Of a DNA stretch of 64,000 nucleotides, positions 24,762 through 35,926 are shown piece after piece. The stretch covers positions 372,001-436,000 of the forward strand of contig JANHCV010000001.1 in NCBI GenBank assembly GCA_025594325.1, written 5' to 3'. Below the pieces are notes generated by a model. The model searched no databases. It was not told the origin of the DNA and was given only the letters and a program-made list of their open reading frames with translations. The DNA is from Blastocladiella emersonii ATCC 22665. Lineage: Eukaryota; Fungi; Blastocladiomycota. Position 1 is the stretch's first letter. Each line of letters begins with the position of its first letter. The translations under genes and the position numbers were made by a program.

Positions 24762-27700
24762 CTACCACAGGGCGCGCGTCCGGCGCTCGGTCAGCGCGAC
24801 CTCGACCGTGACCGAGGCGACGAAGCGCGCGACGATGACGCGGGCTCGGCGGTCTTCGTCGGCACCAGCACCACCGGTAGCCTGCTCGGGGTGGCTCACC
24901 GCGGCGGCGGGTGCCGGAGCGGGAGCGGGGGTCGTGGCGGAGGTCGTGGCGGGGGTCGGGGCGGCGACAGCAGCGAGCACGCGCATCTCGAGGTCGTGCG
25001 CGGCCGTCTCGGTCGTGGCCAGCAGCGGGTGGGCGAACACGACGTGGCTCACGGCGAGGGCGGCGCAGCGGTAGAGGTAGGTCTCGGGGTTGAGGCAGAT
25101 GACCGACGCTGCCGTCGCCGTATCGAGCCGCTCGAACGCGCGGCAGGCGGCCTCGGACGCGGCGGCGGCCGCCGGGTGGCCCGCCGCGGTCCCGTCGATG
25201 GCACGGATCCCGCGCTCGGCGAGGGCCGCGACGAGCAGCGCGGCAAAGTCCGGGAACTGGGTCCACACGACGGTGCGCGGGCCTCGGCGATGGTCCGCCA
25301 CCGAGAGACGGCGACGCTTGCCCGCGACTGCCGTAGTTGTTGCTGTCGCTGGATCGGGTGCAGGGTCGCGCAGCGGTTGCTGTTGCTCGTACAGCCGCTG
25401 CTGCTGGACAATGTACTCGAGGATCGCCGCGAGCTTGGTGCCGTACTGCGAGGCCGAGAAGGTGGGCGGAGGTGGCGGTAGCGGCGGAAATCCGAGCGAG
25501 GTGGAAAGTGCTGCTGGAAAGGTCTCGCCGATGGACGCGAGGTGAGCCGAGAACGTCTCGCTGCTGCTCGTGGCGGCTGCAGCCGGGTGAGACGGTGCGG
25601 TGCTGGTGACGGTGACGGACGCGGAGGGGGGTATCGAAACCGGGAGGTCGTCGAGTGGAGCCGAAACGCAGTTCGCGCGGCTGACGAGGTCACGGTCCAT
25701 CGGCAGGCGACAAGCGGCGCACGCTCCGGCGACGGTGGCGGTAGCGACCCGAGTCGGGTCCGAGGAGGTACTGCGATCGCCGCCGCGACTGGCCCCGGGC
25801 CCGCTACTGCTAGCCGCGCCCGAGAAGAACACTGGGCACGAGCAACAAAAGACGTGGTTGCACGGCGTGATGGAAAACGCGTCCTGCGAGAAATGGATCG
25901 CGCTCGCGCACGACGCGCACCGAAGCGAGGCCGAGGCCGCGGGAGCGGTAGCTGATGCAGCAATCAGCTGGTGGGGGTGCTGCTGCAACCCGCGCATGAG
26001 ACCGCGCAGTTGGCGGTACCGCGAGAGAAAAGGCACTGGACCAGCTGTCGTACCCGAGGAGGTGGAGGGGGACTGAGATGATGCCGCGGAAATCGTCGAA
26101 AAGCGATTCGGAAAAGGAACAGGCTGCGGCAGCGGACACGCGGCCTGGTCGTGCGCGAGAAGAAGCTTGGCCACCGTCGGCACCACGGCGACGACCACTG
26201 ACGTTACGAACGGATCGACAGCAGCAGAAGCGGAAGCGGAAGGCGCCGCCGCCTCACCGGGACCAGCGGCGGCCGCGGTCGTGGTCGTCGTCATGCGCGT
26301 GGCCCGCTGCATGAACCCGACCCAGTCGGCGTGCGGCAGGTCCGGGAGCGCGTCGCCGAGCGGGAGGTGCTGCAGGTGGGCACGCAGCGCGCGGGCCGGC
26401 ATGCAGTCGACCCAGTCCTTGAAGTCGAACCCGTCCGACAGCTGCTTCTGCTGCGGCGGCAGCACGACGGCGTACTTGAAGCTTCCAGCGAGACCGCAGA
26501 GCAGCTGGTACGAGGTCACCTTGGGCTGCAGCACGCCGATCCGCTCGGCAAGTGCGGGAGCGAGCCCGCGCTCGCCCGCGCGGCTGCGCTTCGACAGGAG
26601 GGCATTGTACTCGGCCACGCGGGCGCGCCACGCGTCGACCGCCACGGACCCTGTCCGCTCGTGCGAGTTGAGCAAGAACACGCGGTGGAACCAGACGCGC
26701 TCGAAGATGACCTCGCCCCGGGTCGGCCCGTACGCCGCGGAGCCCGCCGCATTGAGAGCCGCGACGCGTTCAGCAAGCAGCTCCGAGAACTCGTACTGCT
26801 CGAGCGACATGTCCGTGGACAAAGACGCGGGTTCGCCGGACCCGCCACGACTGCCGCGAAACGGGCCGGGTCCGTGGTACTCGGTCTCGCCGACCAGCGA
26901 AGCAATGTGGGCGCGGTAGTCGGGATGCATGATGACGGCCGGCGCAACGAGGACGAGGTCGGCGTCGCGGATCTGGTCCCACGTCGTCGCGCGGTACTTT
27001 TCGATGCTCCAGATGGCGACGATGCGAAGCGCCGACGGATCCGAGGAAGCAGGAGTTTCGCCCGTCGTCGCGGCCGAAGCAGCGGCTAACATGGCAGCAG
27101 CAGCAGCCGCCATGGTAATGGGACGAGGTCTTGCGAGCCTTCTCGCTGATACGGGCCGAGGCATCCTGCTCGCTGAACCAAGTCCGAACATGCGATGCAG
27201 CGATTTCGGCACGTCGGCCGAGTGAAGCACGAGCAGCGTGGCCCGCGATGAAATGTACAACGACGGCCGGGCTGCCGTGTCACCCAAGAAGGCGTCAGAA
27301 GCGGAAGCGGAGGCGACGGTGGCCGTGACCGAGTCGAGGCGGCCCGGACGCACGCGGGCCAGCTGCGCAATCGACAGGAAGAGGTCCTCGGACAGCGGCG
27401 AGAAGATGGCGCCTGCGCGTATTTCCTCGCCATCGACTGGCACGACTCGGGAGCTTGTCGGTGACGATACCCGTGGCTGAGAGTAAGAAGTAGACCACAC
27501 GTCGTGCTCGGCCCAGTCGCCAATTTCGAGGTTGAAGAGCACGCCGCGCGGGCCGATGCGCAAGTGCGGCTGTCTCACGAGAGTGGAGAGCTGCTGCGAG
27601 ACCGGGAGCACGTACGGATCGGCTTCAAGATGCACGAGCCAGGTGACGAGCATGGTGTTACCGCTGTTGCTGTTGAGCAGTGCGGGACCCGAAGGCAGCG

Positions 27701-28786
27701 GTTGCGGCGGCGCCGGAGACCAAGTCGGACACCAGAGCGTGAGCAGCGGAGGAGATAGGGAGGCGGAAGCAACCTTGGAGAGCATGGACGGCGACGGGAT
27801 CGGGCGGTGCGACCGCAGCAGCCGGCGCACGGCGCGAGCGGCTCCCGGGACGCCGGCGCGCAGGCTGTGGTTGACGGCATCCGCGTCGAGGTAGAAATCG
27901 AGCGTGTAGTGGTACCAGCGGCGCCGCTTCCACTTTTTGGTCGGCTTCACCACCGTCTCAGCGGCCGCCAGCGCCGTTGCCGCCGCGGGGGTCTCGCGGA
28001 TCGCGACCATGAAGAAGGGCGCGGCGGCGGGATCCCTGCTGAACCGCACGTAGCTCGCGCGCGGCTCGGGGTCCGAGTCCAGGGCGGCCGCAGTCTGGTT
28101 TTGGAACTCGATGCCGGGAACTCCAAGGCCGAGACGGCCGTGCAGCGGGAGCCGGCGCTGCTGCAGGGCGTGGTACGTGGCGAGGTGGTAGTACTCTGGT
28201 GGCGGTGGCGGTGTTGCGGGATCGACTAGACGCGGGCCGATTTTGCCGGGCGGGGCGGGGCGGGGTGGGGTGGGGCGTTACAGCAGGAGAAGGTCGGTCA
28301 GTCTGACGCTACTAGAGATGGAAGGGGCGTGTCGTGACGTACCGGCAGAAGCGGCAAAAGGAGAGACGGGCGAGGGTGGGCCGGGATTGGCTTGGGCGGA
28401 GGAAGCAATGCGAGTGTGCTGCGAAGAGTCGTGTAACAACAGGGAAGCCACGACGCCGTCCTCGTCGGCGAGGTTCCGGATCGGCGCGCACTCGTTGAGA
28501 AGCTTGCGGGCCTCGGCGCCGTCCTTGCAGCGCTGCTCGAGCAGCGACGCGGGCGTGTGCGGGAACGGGCACCACCACCCGCGCGCCACGCGCTCGGCGA
28601 GGACGCGGCGGTCAAAGTTGGCTGCGTCGAGCGGCGGCGGCGGCGGCGTGTTGGGATCGACATCGAGAAGCTGTTGTTGGGTGGCAGCAGTAGTAGGGAC
28701 CTGGTCAATCGCAAGCAGCAGCGGCGGCGATGGGTCGCCGCAAAGCCGCCCAGCGCCGTCGGGTCCATGGAGTCCATCCGTTGCAT
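24762..28786 (-). CDS. SNF2 (Rad5/Rad16-type)-like protein with RING finger and degenerate ATPase motifs (cluster member D)
   Basis: 1095-aa ORF 24762..28049 extends upstream through phase-1 intron 28342-28226 to an exon with AERVARGWW. RING-like CASC...PCNHVFCCSC...CAAC; helicase-C-like YGTKLAAILEY...RTVVWTQFPD...VVFAHPLL...VARFVASVTVE. The available ATGs (28786/28777/28768) are out of frame with that exon, so the 5' end is uncertain. Confidence 0.7.
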
Positions 28787-28933
28787 CTAGCTAGAGTCGG
28801 TGTGCAATGCGAGGGGGGATGATGTATCAGCAGGGGCGAGAAGAGCGGCGCGGGACCCCGAAAGGGAAACGGGCGCCGCCACAGGCCAAACTGAGACGCG
28901 CGCCCGGCCACGTGCGCGTGTCGAACGCGCGGG

Positions 28934-28959
28934 TTTGCGCGCAAAACGCGAAAACGCGT
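28934..28959. promoter_or_regulatory. cluster of CGCG cell-cycle-type elements (palindrome TTTGCGCGCAAA, CGCGAAA, ACGCGT)
   Basis: Sequence tttgcgcgcaaaacgcgaaaacgcgt lies about 150-170 bp upstream of member D. It matches the SCB (CRCGAAA) and MCB (ACGCGT) consensus. Function is inferred. Confidence 0.4.
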
Positions 28960-30440
28960 CAGCCCAAAAACGAAAACGAAATTCAAATTCGTATTTGAAT
29001 TCCGTTCCTGTGTGCTTGGTTTCCGGCTTCCGGCTTCTGTTCTGTTGTCGGTCCCCCCCCTCCCTCCCATCCCCGCCTCGGCCCAATTCCGAATTGTGTG
29101 CGCTAGAGGCCATGCTCCCCTTCCCTCGCAGGGTTTTACATCCGTCTGAGTTGTTCCGGTCGCGGGTTGGGTTTCGATCCGGGGACTCAAAGGGGGGAAG
29201 ATGCATGGCATGCCCGCACACGCCTAGCGTCAGCGGAGGCCAATCCACTAACGCCCGACCTTGCTTCGCTGAGGGAGGTTGCCCATGTCCCGTATGCGTA
29301 ACAGACGGCGCGCCGGGACGCGTCCCATCGGAATCGAGGACCTTTCGGGTTCTCCCCGCGCCCCGCGCGAGTACTCGCTCCGCCGTCATTTCGACCAAAC
29401 TGTCCCCCGTCTATATCTCGCATCTCAGTCAATTAGCAAAGTCCCACATATTATTCAGTGCGAGCAACGGCTACAGCGCGTCTACTGCTCCCGCATTCGT
29501 CGTTCAGATCCAGAGTGAGAGCACCATGGCCGGCCGACACTAGCCTGCCTGATCCCTTGAAAGTCCGTCTTGGCAGTGTCGCGCAACGGCGGGTCGCGCA
29601 ATCAATCCGATGGCTGCGTCGTCGTACGTCTCGACCCGACTCGACCCGCGCGCTGAATCCGCGTCAGAGAAGCGGGACAAGCTTGCGGCTCATGAGCTCG
29701 TGAAATCGTGAGTGCCCGTCCGACGGAAACGCAAAGTGTATTCGTCAGGACCTTGCGCTCGTCACGATCGAGAAACGTCAGCTCGCCATCCGCAGCTAGT
29801 CGGCGGACGTTTCAAGGCCTCGAGGCCGGCGGATCGTCGCAAATAGCACGGTCCAACGTCGGGATCATGCTGACGCCGCCGGCGATCACGTCGATGGTTG
29901 TAGCGCGCGCGAGTACTCCGGGCCCCGACTGGGATTGAGCACAGCGAGATTGGCGAACCGTCAAGGTGTCCTGCGCCATGAGCTGGGGTCGCTGCAGCAA
30001 GCTCGGGGTGCAAGTCCTGGTTAAATCATACGTCAACGCTTTCAGTAATGCTGTCGCCACGTTCTGCGACCACGAGTACGTGATGCCGAGCCAACGCGCC
30101 GAGAAACCCGCGTGAAAAGTGCAAGTATACGAATGAAAGGTCGTTGCGCCGCTGCTTGTATGCGGGCCGGTCCGCGATCAACGCACCGTGAAGCCGACGC
30201 GACCGACGCATCGTTCATCCGAACCGTGCCGCAGCGCCAGCCTGGTGCCGTTTCAGGACGTGCTTTCGCGAGGTGCGCGTCAGTCGACTCGCCGCTGTCG
30301 CCGCCACACGAGCGCTTCTCCTCCCGCGCCTCGGAAGCCCGCATGAAGCAAGTCCATGTAACGCACCCGTACCACGGTGTCACTTCCTCCAATTTTCTGT
30401 GTCATCGTCGCCCCGCCGTTTCCTCGCTTCGCCCGCCAAA

Positions 30441-31894
30441 ATGGCGACTTGGGCTCACATCGACCTTGAGCCACTCGTGCGCATGGCCATTGTGGCTCCC
30501 GTGCAGTGCCCCGCTCTCGGGACTCACCTGTACACGGTCGCGCCGAACGGCACGCGGACCGAGCCCAAGCTTGTCAAATTCTCTGGCCTTCTCGCAGCGC
30601 TCGCGTTGGCCATTCTCTACCCCGTTGACCAGGCCGATGGGCTGTGGCACTTTGGCCTGCTGTCCTCGCTAAAGCTTCCCTTGGTCGCCGACACGCGAGT
30701 GACCGATCCTACGCAGGGCCGCGCCGCGCCGCGCCGCTGCGCTGAGCGACACCTTCACTGCGCGTCCCGAGACGCTCGAGCTGGTCGTCAACCGACTCGG
30801 CTTCGCCGCCGCCCTCTTTACCAACCGCAACTTTGACGCGCTGATCCCGCTGCTCATGGGCTGCGGCTCCGTTCCGATCATCTCCAACGGTACGCTCGCT
30901 TGTCGAATTCATCCATCGCCTACCCGCTTGGGACATTGCGCATTCGCTGCCCTCTCTTCATCGCGTGGGACTTGTACTGACCCTCGTACCCCGGCTTCTC
31001 TAGGCATCGAGCGATTCTCTGTGACCGATGCTCTCGAGGTCTTTTCCGAGCTCGACAAGCGTTACCTCACCTGGGCCATCCCCAAGCTTACCAACGGCGA
31101 CCTCACGCTTCGCTCGCTTCCTCGCCCGCTTCTCACCTTCACGACCGACAAGGACCCGCGAAACGGTGTTCCTGTTGAACAGGTCGGCGGCAGCAAGTTC
31201 AAATTTGGCGTGCTGCTCTTCCACCGCCAGTCGGGCAAGACCGTCGTCCAGTTTGTCCACGACATGCTGCAGGAGTCGGGTGCCCTCGCGAACTTGTGGA
31301 CCAACGCTCATGCCTCGACGTGCCGCACCTCATTGTCGCCGAGATCGACGACGACGGCAACGACATGGGGCTTTTGGGCGACGGTGCGTTTGGCCCTGTC
31401 GAGTCGCCCCCGTCGTACACCAAGCTCGATCTTCTGGCGCCGTTTCCTGGCGATGACGAAAGTTTCACTCGGTACGGATGAGCTTCCTGCGAGTGTGCAC
31501 CAGAAACCTATCTAACAACGGACGCGCCTTAGATACATTAATCTGGCCGGTGTCGTGTACGAGTTTTCGTGTGATCCAGGGGACCTTACTCGGCCTTGGA
31601 CTTTTGGTGGGCTAAGCTTGATTGACCGGCGGACAGGCTCGCCCGTCACCGCATTCCACGAGAACAAGTTGGATTTTGGTCGCTGTGCTCTCGCTCAGCG
31701 GCGAGGGCGGCACAGCGGACGAGTCGCTGCGATTCCCCGGTCAGCTCCGCGGGATCTCGCATATCAACTTTGCGCGCCCGCTGCTCGGCGAGACGAAAGC
31801 TGAGTCGATCGCCATGGTGAAGCATGCGGTTTTGGGTCTCACGACCCGTCGCCGAATTCGATTGCGCCAATGTGGCTCGCAGCCAGGAGGGTGA
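30441..31894 (+). pseudogene. short divergent member of the SNF2-like cluster (member E), with introns and at least two frameshifts
   Basis: Canonical introns 30890-31003 and 31472-31532; frame changes near 31310 and 31680. The C-terminal VAVLSLSGEGG...QLRGISHINFARPLLGETKAESIAMVKHAV aligns with VIVLSLNGNDG...QLGCVENVIFAHPLVAESDAASLAMVKRAL of member A. Confidence 0.5.
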
Positions 31895-32292
31895 TTTAGG
31901 AGGGTCTGATCCAGATGCGACGACGCCATGATCAAGGGATCGCGGCCGAGGGATACCACCGATTTCGCAGTTCAAGTAAGTACACTATCATGTCTGGCAG
32001 TAGTCGAGCCGTTCTTGGTGTCCGTAGCATATTGCAACATGTACAAAGGAGGGCGGCGGAAAAGGAGGAAGAGGCGGAGCATTGGCTCAAAAAGGAAAAA
32101 GATCTCTTCTCCCATCATTTGTTTTGCTTGTCCGTTCGCGCGAAGACCGCGCCGTACATGAGCACGTGGAGCACGCTGCGTCTCCGCTGTGGCCAGGGGT
32201 GCTGCTGTGGCGTCGTCGAAGTCGCTGGTCGGTGCACCTCTCGGGCGGCCCGTCCTCCTCCGTCCCTCCACCCCACGGCCTTCACGACCACC

Positions 32293-35200
32293 ATGACAGC
32301 TGATGAACCTGCTGCAAAGCGACCGCGGACCACGCGCGGTAAAAAGGCCGCCGCCGCGGCGCCTGTTCTTGCACCTTTTGTTCCGCTTGCTGTCGACGCA
32401 CCGCTTCCACGTCCTCCCGTCGACGTGACCGGACCCGAGTACCGCGCCGCCCTTCTTCATGCCGAGCGCGTTGCTTCCGGCTGGTGGATGCCGTTTGTTG
32501 ACGGCTTGGATTCCGGGACTCGCGATCAGCCGAACTCGCTCGCGAGCGCCGACGCCGTGGCCGCTTGGATTGACAGCACCGAGGTCAAGCTTGACCAACC
32601 CGGTACGCTCTCTTAAGCGCTCCTGTCAAGGCTCCAGAATTCTTACACGGGCGAACTCGTCTGTAGACTACTTTCTCGCTCACGAGTCCGTGGTGCTCGC
32701 GCGCCGACTTCCGGTGCCCGCTGATTCCCTCGATGCGACCATGAAGTGGGTGGACCCGTGCTGCCCGATGCTTGCCGAACTCAGCTTGCACCAAGAGCCC
32801 GTCTTCATGAACAGCCGAAAGCACGCGGACGGACTGAATAGCATTGGGGGCTCGAGCAAGGAGACCGTCTTCTATCGCCTCCCGGGCCGCGCGACGGCGA
32901 CCGCCGCTGGGGCCGAAGCTCATGACCTGACGGCCAAGTATTCTCGGGAACAGTTCATGTCCATCATCGAGGACGACCCCTACTTTACCCAACGCCACCG
33001 GCTCAACTGGGCCATTCTACGCAAGGACAGCAGCGCATCCGTCATCAACCTGTGCTCGCTCGCCGCCGATGCCGTCTTCTCGAAAATTTGTCTGGAACCT
33101 GCGCGCGGGGAACACGACTTGCAGGCGTCCGATGCCAACGTCCCGCCCGGCTCATTGGTGTATTCGGCCCCGTGGGCGACGACCGCGGGCACTGTGGTCA
33201 TGCCTGCGGCGTCTGTGGCTGGCTCGACCCTTCACCAAGATATCGAGCCGGCGATGCTTCCGTACCTGCGCTTTGTCCTTCGGCCGATTCGCGGCGAGGC
33301 CTACTCGGCGTTCGGCGCCCAATTCAAGTACCGCGTCGAGGTCTATCTGCGCACGGCAGCTGCCAACCGCGACCTCGCGAACGCCGAGACCGCCTCGCGT
33401 ACGCAACGCACCCTGCGCAAGCTCTTCCGCATCTATCCAGTCTCGGTGCAACGGTCGGTTGGAGCTTGGTCCTACACCGTCCCGCAGCTCGGCAAGCCTT
33501 TCTCGAATCGGTCGTTTGGCGTCCCTCTGCTGCCTCTGCATCTCGCCGCCGCGGCCTCGGACGTCGCTCGGCCCGAGCATGGCCTCCGCGACTGGATTCA
33601 CCGCCTCGAGTCAAGTGTTTACGCGCGCACCCTCACCTTTGTCGATCGTTCTCGCAGCGAGCCGTACTTCCGCCTTGGTACGCACGGCTTCGTGTACAAC
33701 TATCTGACGGGCGAGTTTGCCCGTACTTGCCCGGCCGCGTGGCTCGTTCCTGCCGTCGTGCAACCGTTCAAGACGATGGAGCTTCGCGCGGCGTTCATCG
33801 ACTCTAATCTCTCCAGCGTCTATTGCGAGCTCGTCGCGATTCCACCTTCTCACGGTGGAGCAGCGACGCGAAGCGACATGCTCTACTCGACCGCCACGCT
33901 CATCATTGCATCCTCGACGGACGCCGTCACCTTGATTGAGCGTACCGTGCTTCGCGAGCTCGGAGCGAACGCTCGTGTCGTTACGGTGCGCAACTCGACG
34001 GACCACTGTAACACGACGTGGTCGGATGTCGTCAATGCCCACGTCGTGATCGTTTCGGCCCGTTTTCTCGGCGGTCAGCTGTATAGGGCTGCTGTGCACG
34101 AGACGCTTGGACTAAAGGAGTACTTCAATCCACTTCCGCGCAGCTTCGAACTTCATCCGCACAACCTTGGCCACCTGGATCTTGGCGCATTTGATTTCCA
34201 CGAGGCTCTCGCGCAGCATACTCGGCTCGTTGCTGCTGCTCTCACTTCTGGTTCCAAGCCATCGCTCACCAACGGACCTGTCGTTTTCGAGGGCGTGCAG
34301 TATTGCCGCGCCGTGTTCGAAAACCCTCGCACCACTCCTCCTGGCTACTACGAGCAAATGCTTGCGTTTCGCGAGCGCTCAGACGAGGAAGGCGACTTGG
34401 CCAAGCCTACTACTTGGGGATCCGAGCCGACTTTCACGTCGCTGTTCGGCAGGGCTCCCAAGGCCTTGGCGACATGTTTGCGACCATCACGGACGAGTAT
34501 GCTTCCGCTTTCGGGGGCGAGACGCTGATTGCGATCGCCGAGCAGTTTGCACGGCGCGTCCTCTCGCCTCCCTCAAACCTCCGGCACTCGATTGTTGAGG
34601 TGTCCAACGTCGTCGCAACTGGTGCCTTGGCCACTCTCTCGTCCGAGCAGCTTCTTGGACGCCTACTTGCACTCCAGGCGCCACAGCTCGTTACACCGCC
34701 GGCCATCCTTCCTGCTGCTGCCTCTGATGCGGCTGCCCCGGCTCCCGCTCTTACTTCATCAGATCTCGCTCGGCTCGCAGCGCTCTACGCCAGCAATTCC
34801 GGCCGCTTCCCGCTTGATCGCTTGCAAGGCACCGCAATTGACCGCATCGGAAACAACGAGATTTCGGCCCGTGCAGCTTACTCGAGCCTCATTCGCCCGC
34901 CCCACGGCACGGCGTGGCGTTGGGCCGTTTCCGTTGGCCTTGACCTTGCAAAGCTTACGGACGTGGGCTACGAGCAGCCCGAGTTTGAAGTCGATGCACG
35001 CGCTGCCGAGGTCCCCGCGATCACGCTGTGGTTTGGAGTAGTGTTCGGCCCTGAACTCACCGGGTTCTTCCACGTGGTGCAACGGGCCATCGAGACGCAA
35101 GACGCGCTCGGGCCCGCCGTTCTTCGAGTCGCGGCCCCGCTGCTTCACGCGCCCGCCGACCACGACGTCAAACTGGATTACATCAAGACCGTGTACGGCC

Positions 35201-35691
35201 CCAAGGTGCTCGCCATCGCCGAGCAGGTCCTGGACGCCACGGGCCGCGTCGCCATCTTCTGCCAGTCGCCCGCCCTCGCCTCGCTCCTCACCACCGTCAT
35301 CAACCAGGTCCTGCGCATCAACGCCATCGACGCGTCATCGCCCAACGCGCGGCTGCGCCACGCGGCCATCAGCATCTTCCACCGCAACCCGGGCGTCTGC
35401 GTCATTGTCCTCTCGCTCAACGGCAACGACGGGTCCGCGTATGCCGCGGCCGCGCCGCCGTTCGCCCAGCAGCTGGGATGCGTTGAAAACGTCATTTTCG
35501 CGCACCCGCTCGTCGCCGAGTCGGACGCCGCGTCGCTGGCCATGGTCAAGCGCGCGCTCGACTGCGTCTCGGGGACGCCGGCGGCCGTGACGTGGTTCGT
35601 GGCCAAGGACACGATCGAGGAGGAGATCATGCGGCCGATCGCCGGCAAGTATGCGCGTGCCGCGTTTGATCCGCCGCCGCCGGAGCTGTAG
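32293..35691 (+). pseudogene. SNF2-like pseudo-ATPase, cluster member A; one frameshift near 34390-34400
   Basis: ATG 32293; intron 32603-32666 (GTACGC..GTAG, phase 1). ORF 32459..34528 must shift to ORF 34303..35691, where YYLGIRADF aligns with VYRGIRSNF of member C. No suitable intron at the shift. Ends VTWFVAKDTIEEEIMR. Confidence 0.7.
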
Positions 35692-35873
35692 ACCCTGTAA
35701 TGATGCACCAATGTACCTGTTTGTATTTATCCTTATCCGATGGTGTTCGGGGCAAGAGTGGAGCGGGGCATGCGGGGTCGACGGCGGAGTGGGAGAAGAG
35801 TTTGTGCCATGATCGCGCGGCGATGAAATGTGCGGCGCGACGCTCGCCCTCTCGAACCACCCCCTCGAAACCC

Positions 35874-35914
35874 ATGAAAACGCCCTGAACCGAATGAAAA
35901 CTACGTGCAACTAG
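35874..35914 (+). promoter_or_regulatory. pair of upstream micro-ORFs (MKTP*, MKTTCN*) before member B
   Basis: ATG AAA ACG CCC TGA (35874-35888) and ATG AAA ACT ACG TGC AAC TAG (35894-35914); main ATG at 35927. Confidence 0.45.
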
Positions 35915-35926
35915 CTCTTGATCATT

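Noticed and set aside
29610-29940. Possible small upstream exons (ATG 29610, donor GTGAGT 29708) for member E
   Set aside because: The frames after the candidate acceptor close quickly and cannot be joined to 30441 without assuming further lesions.
34300-34382. 83-nt GT..AG intron that would repair the frameshift in paralog A
   Set aside because: It would delete the YCRAVFE segment that is coding in the uninterrupted ORF of paralog C, and it has no clear branch point.
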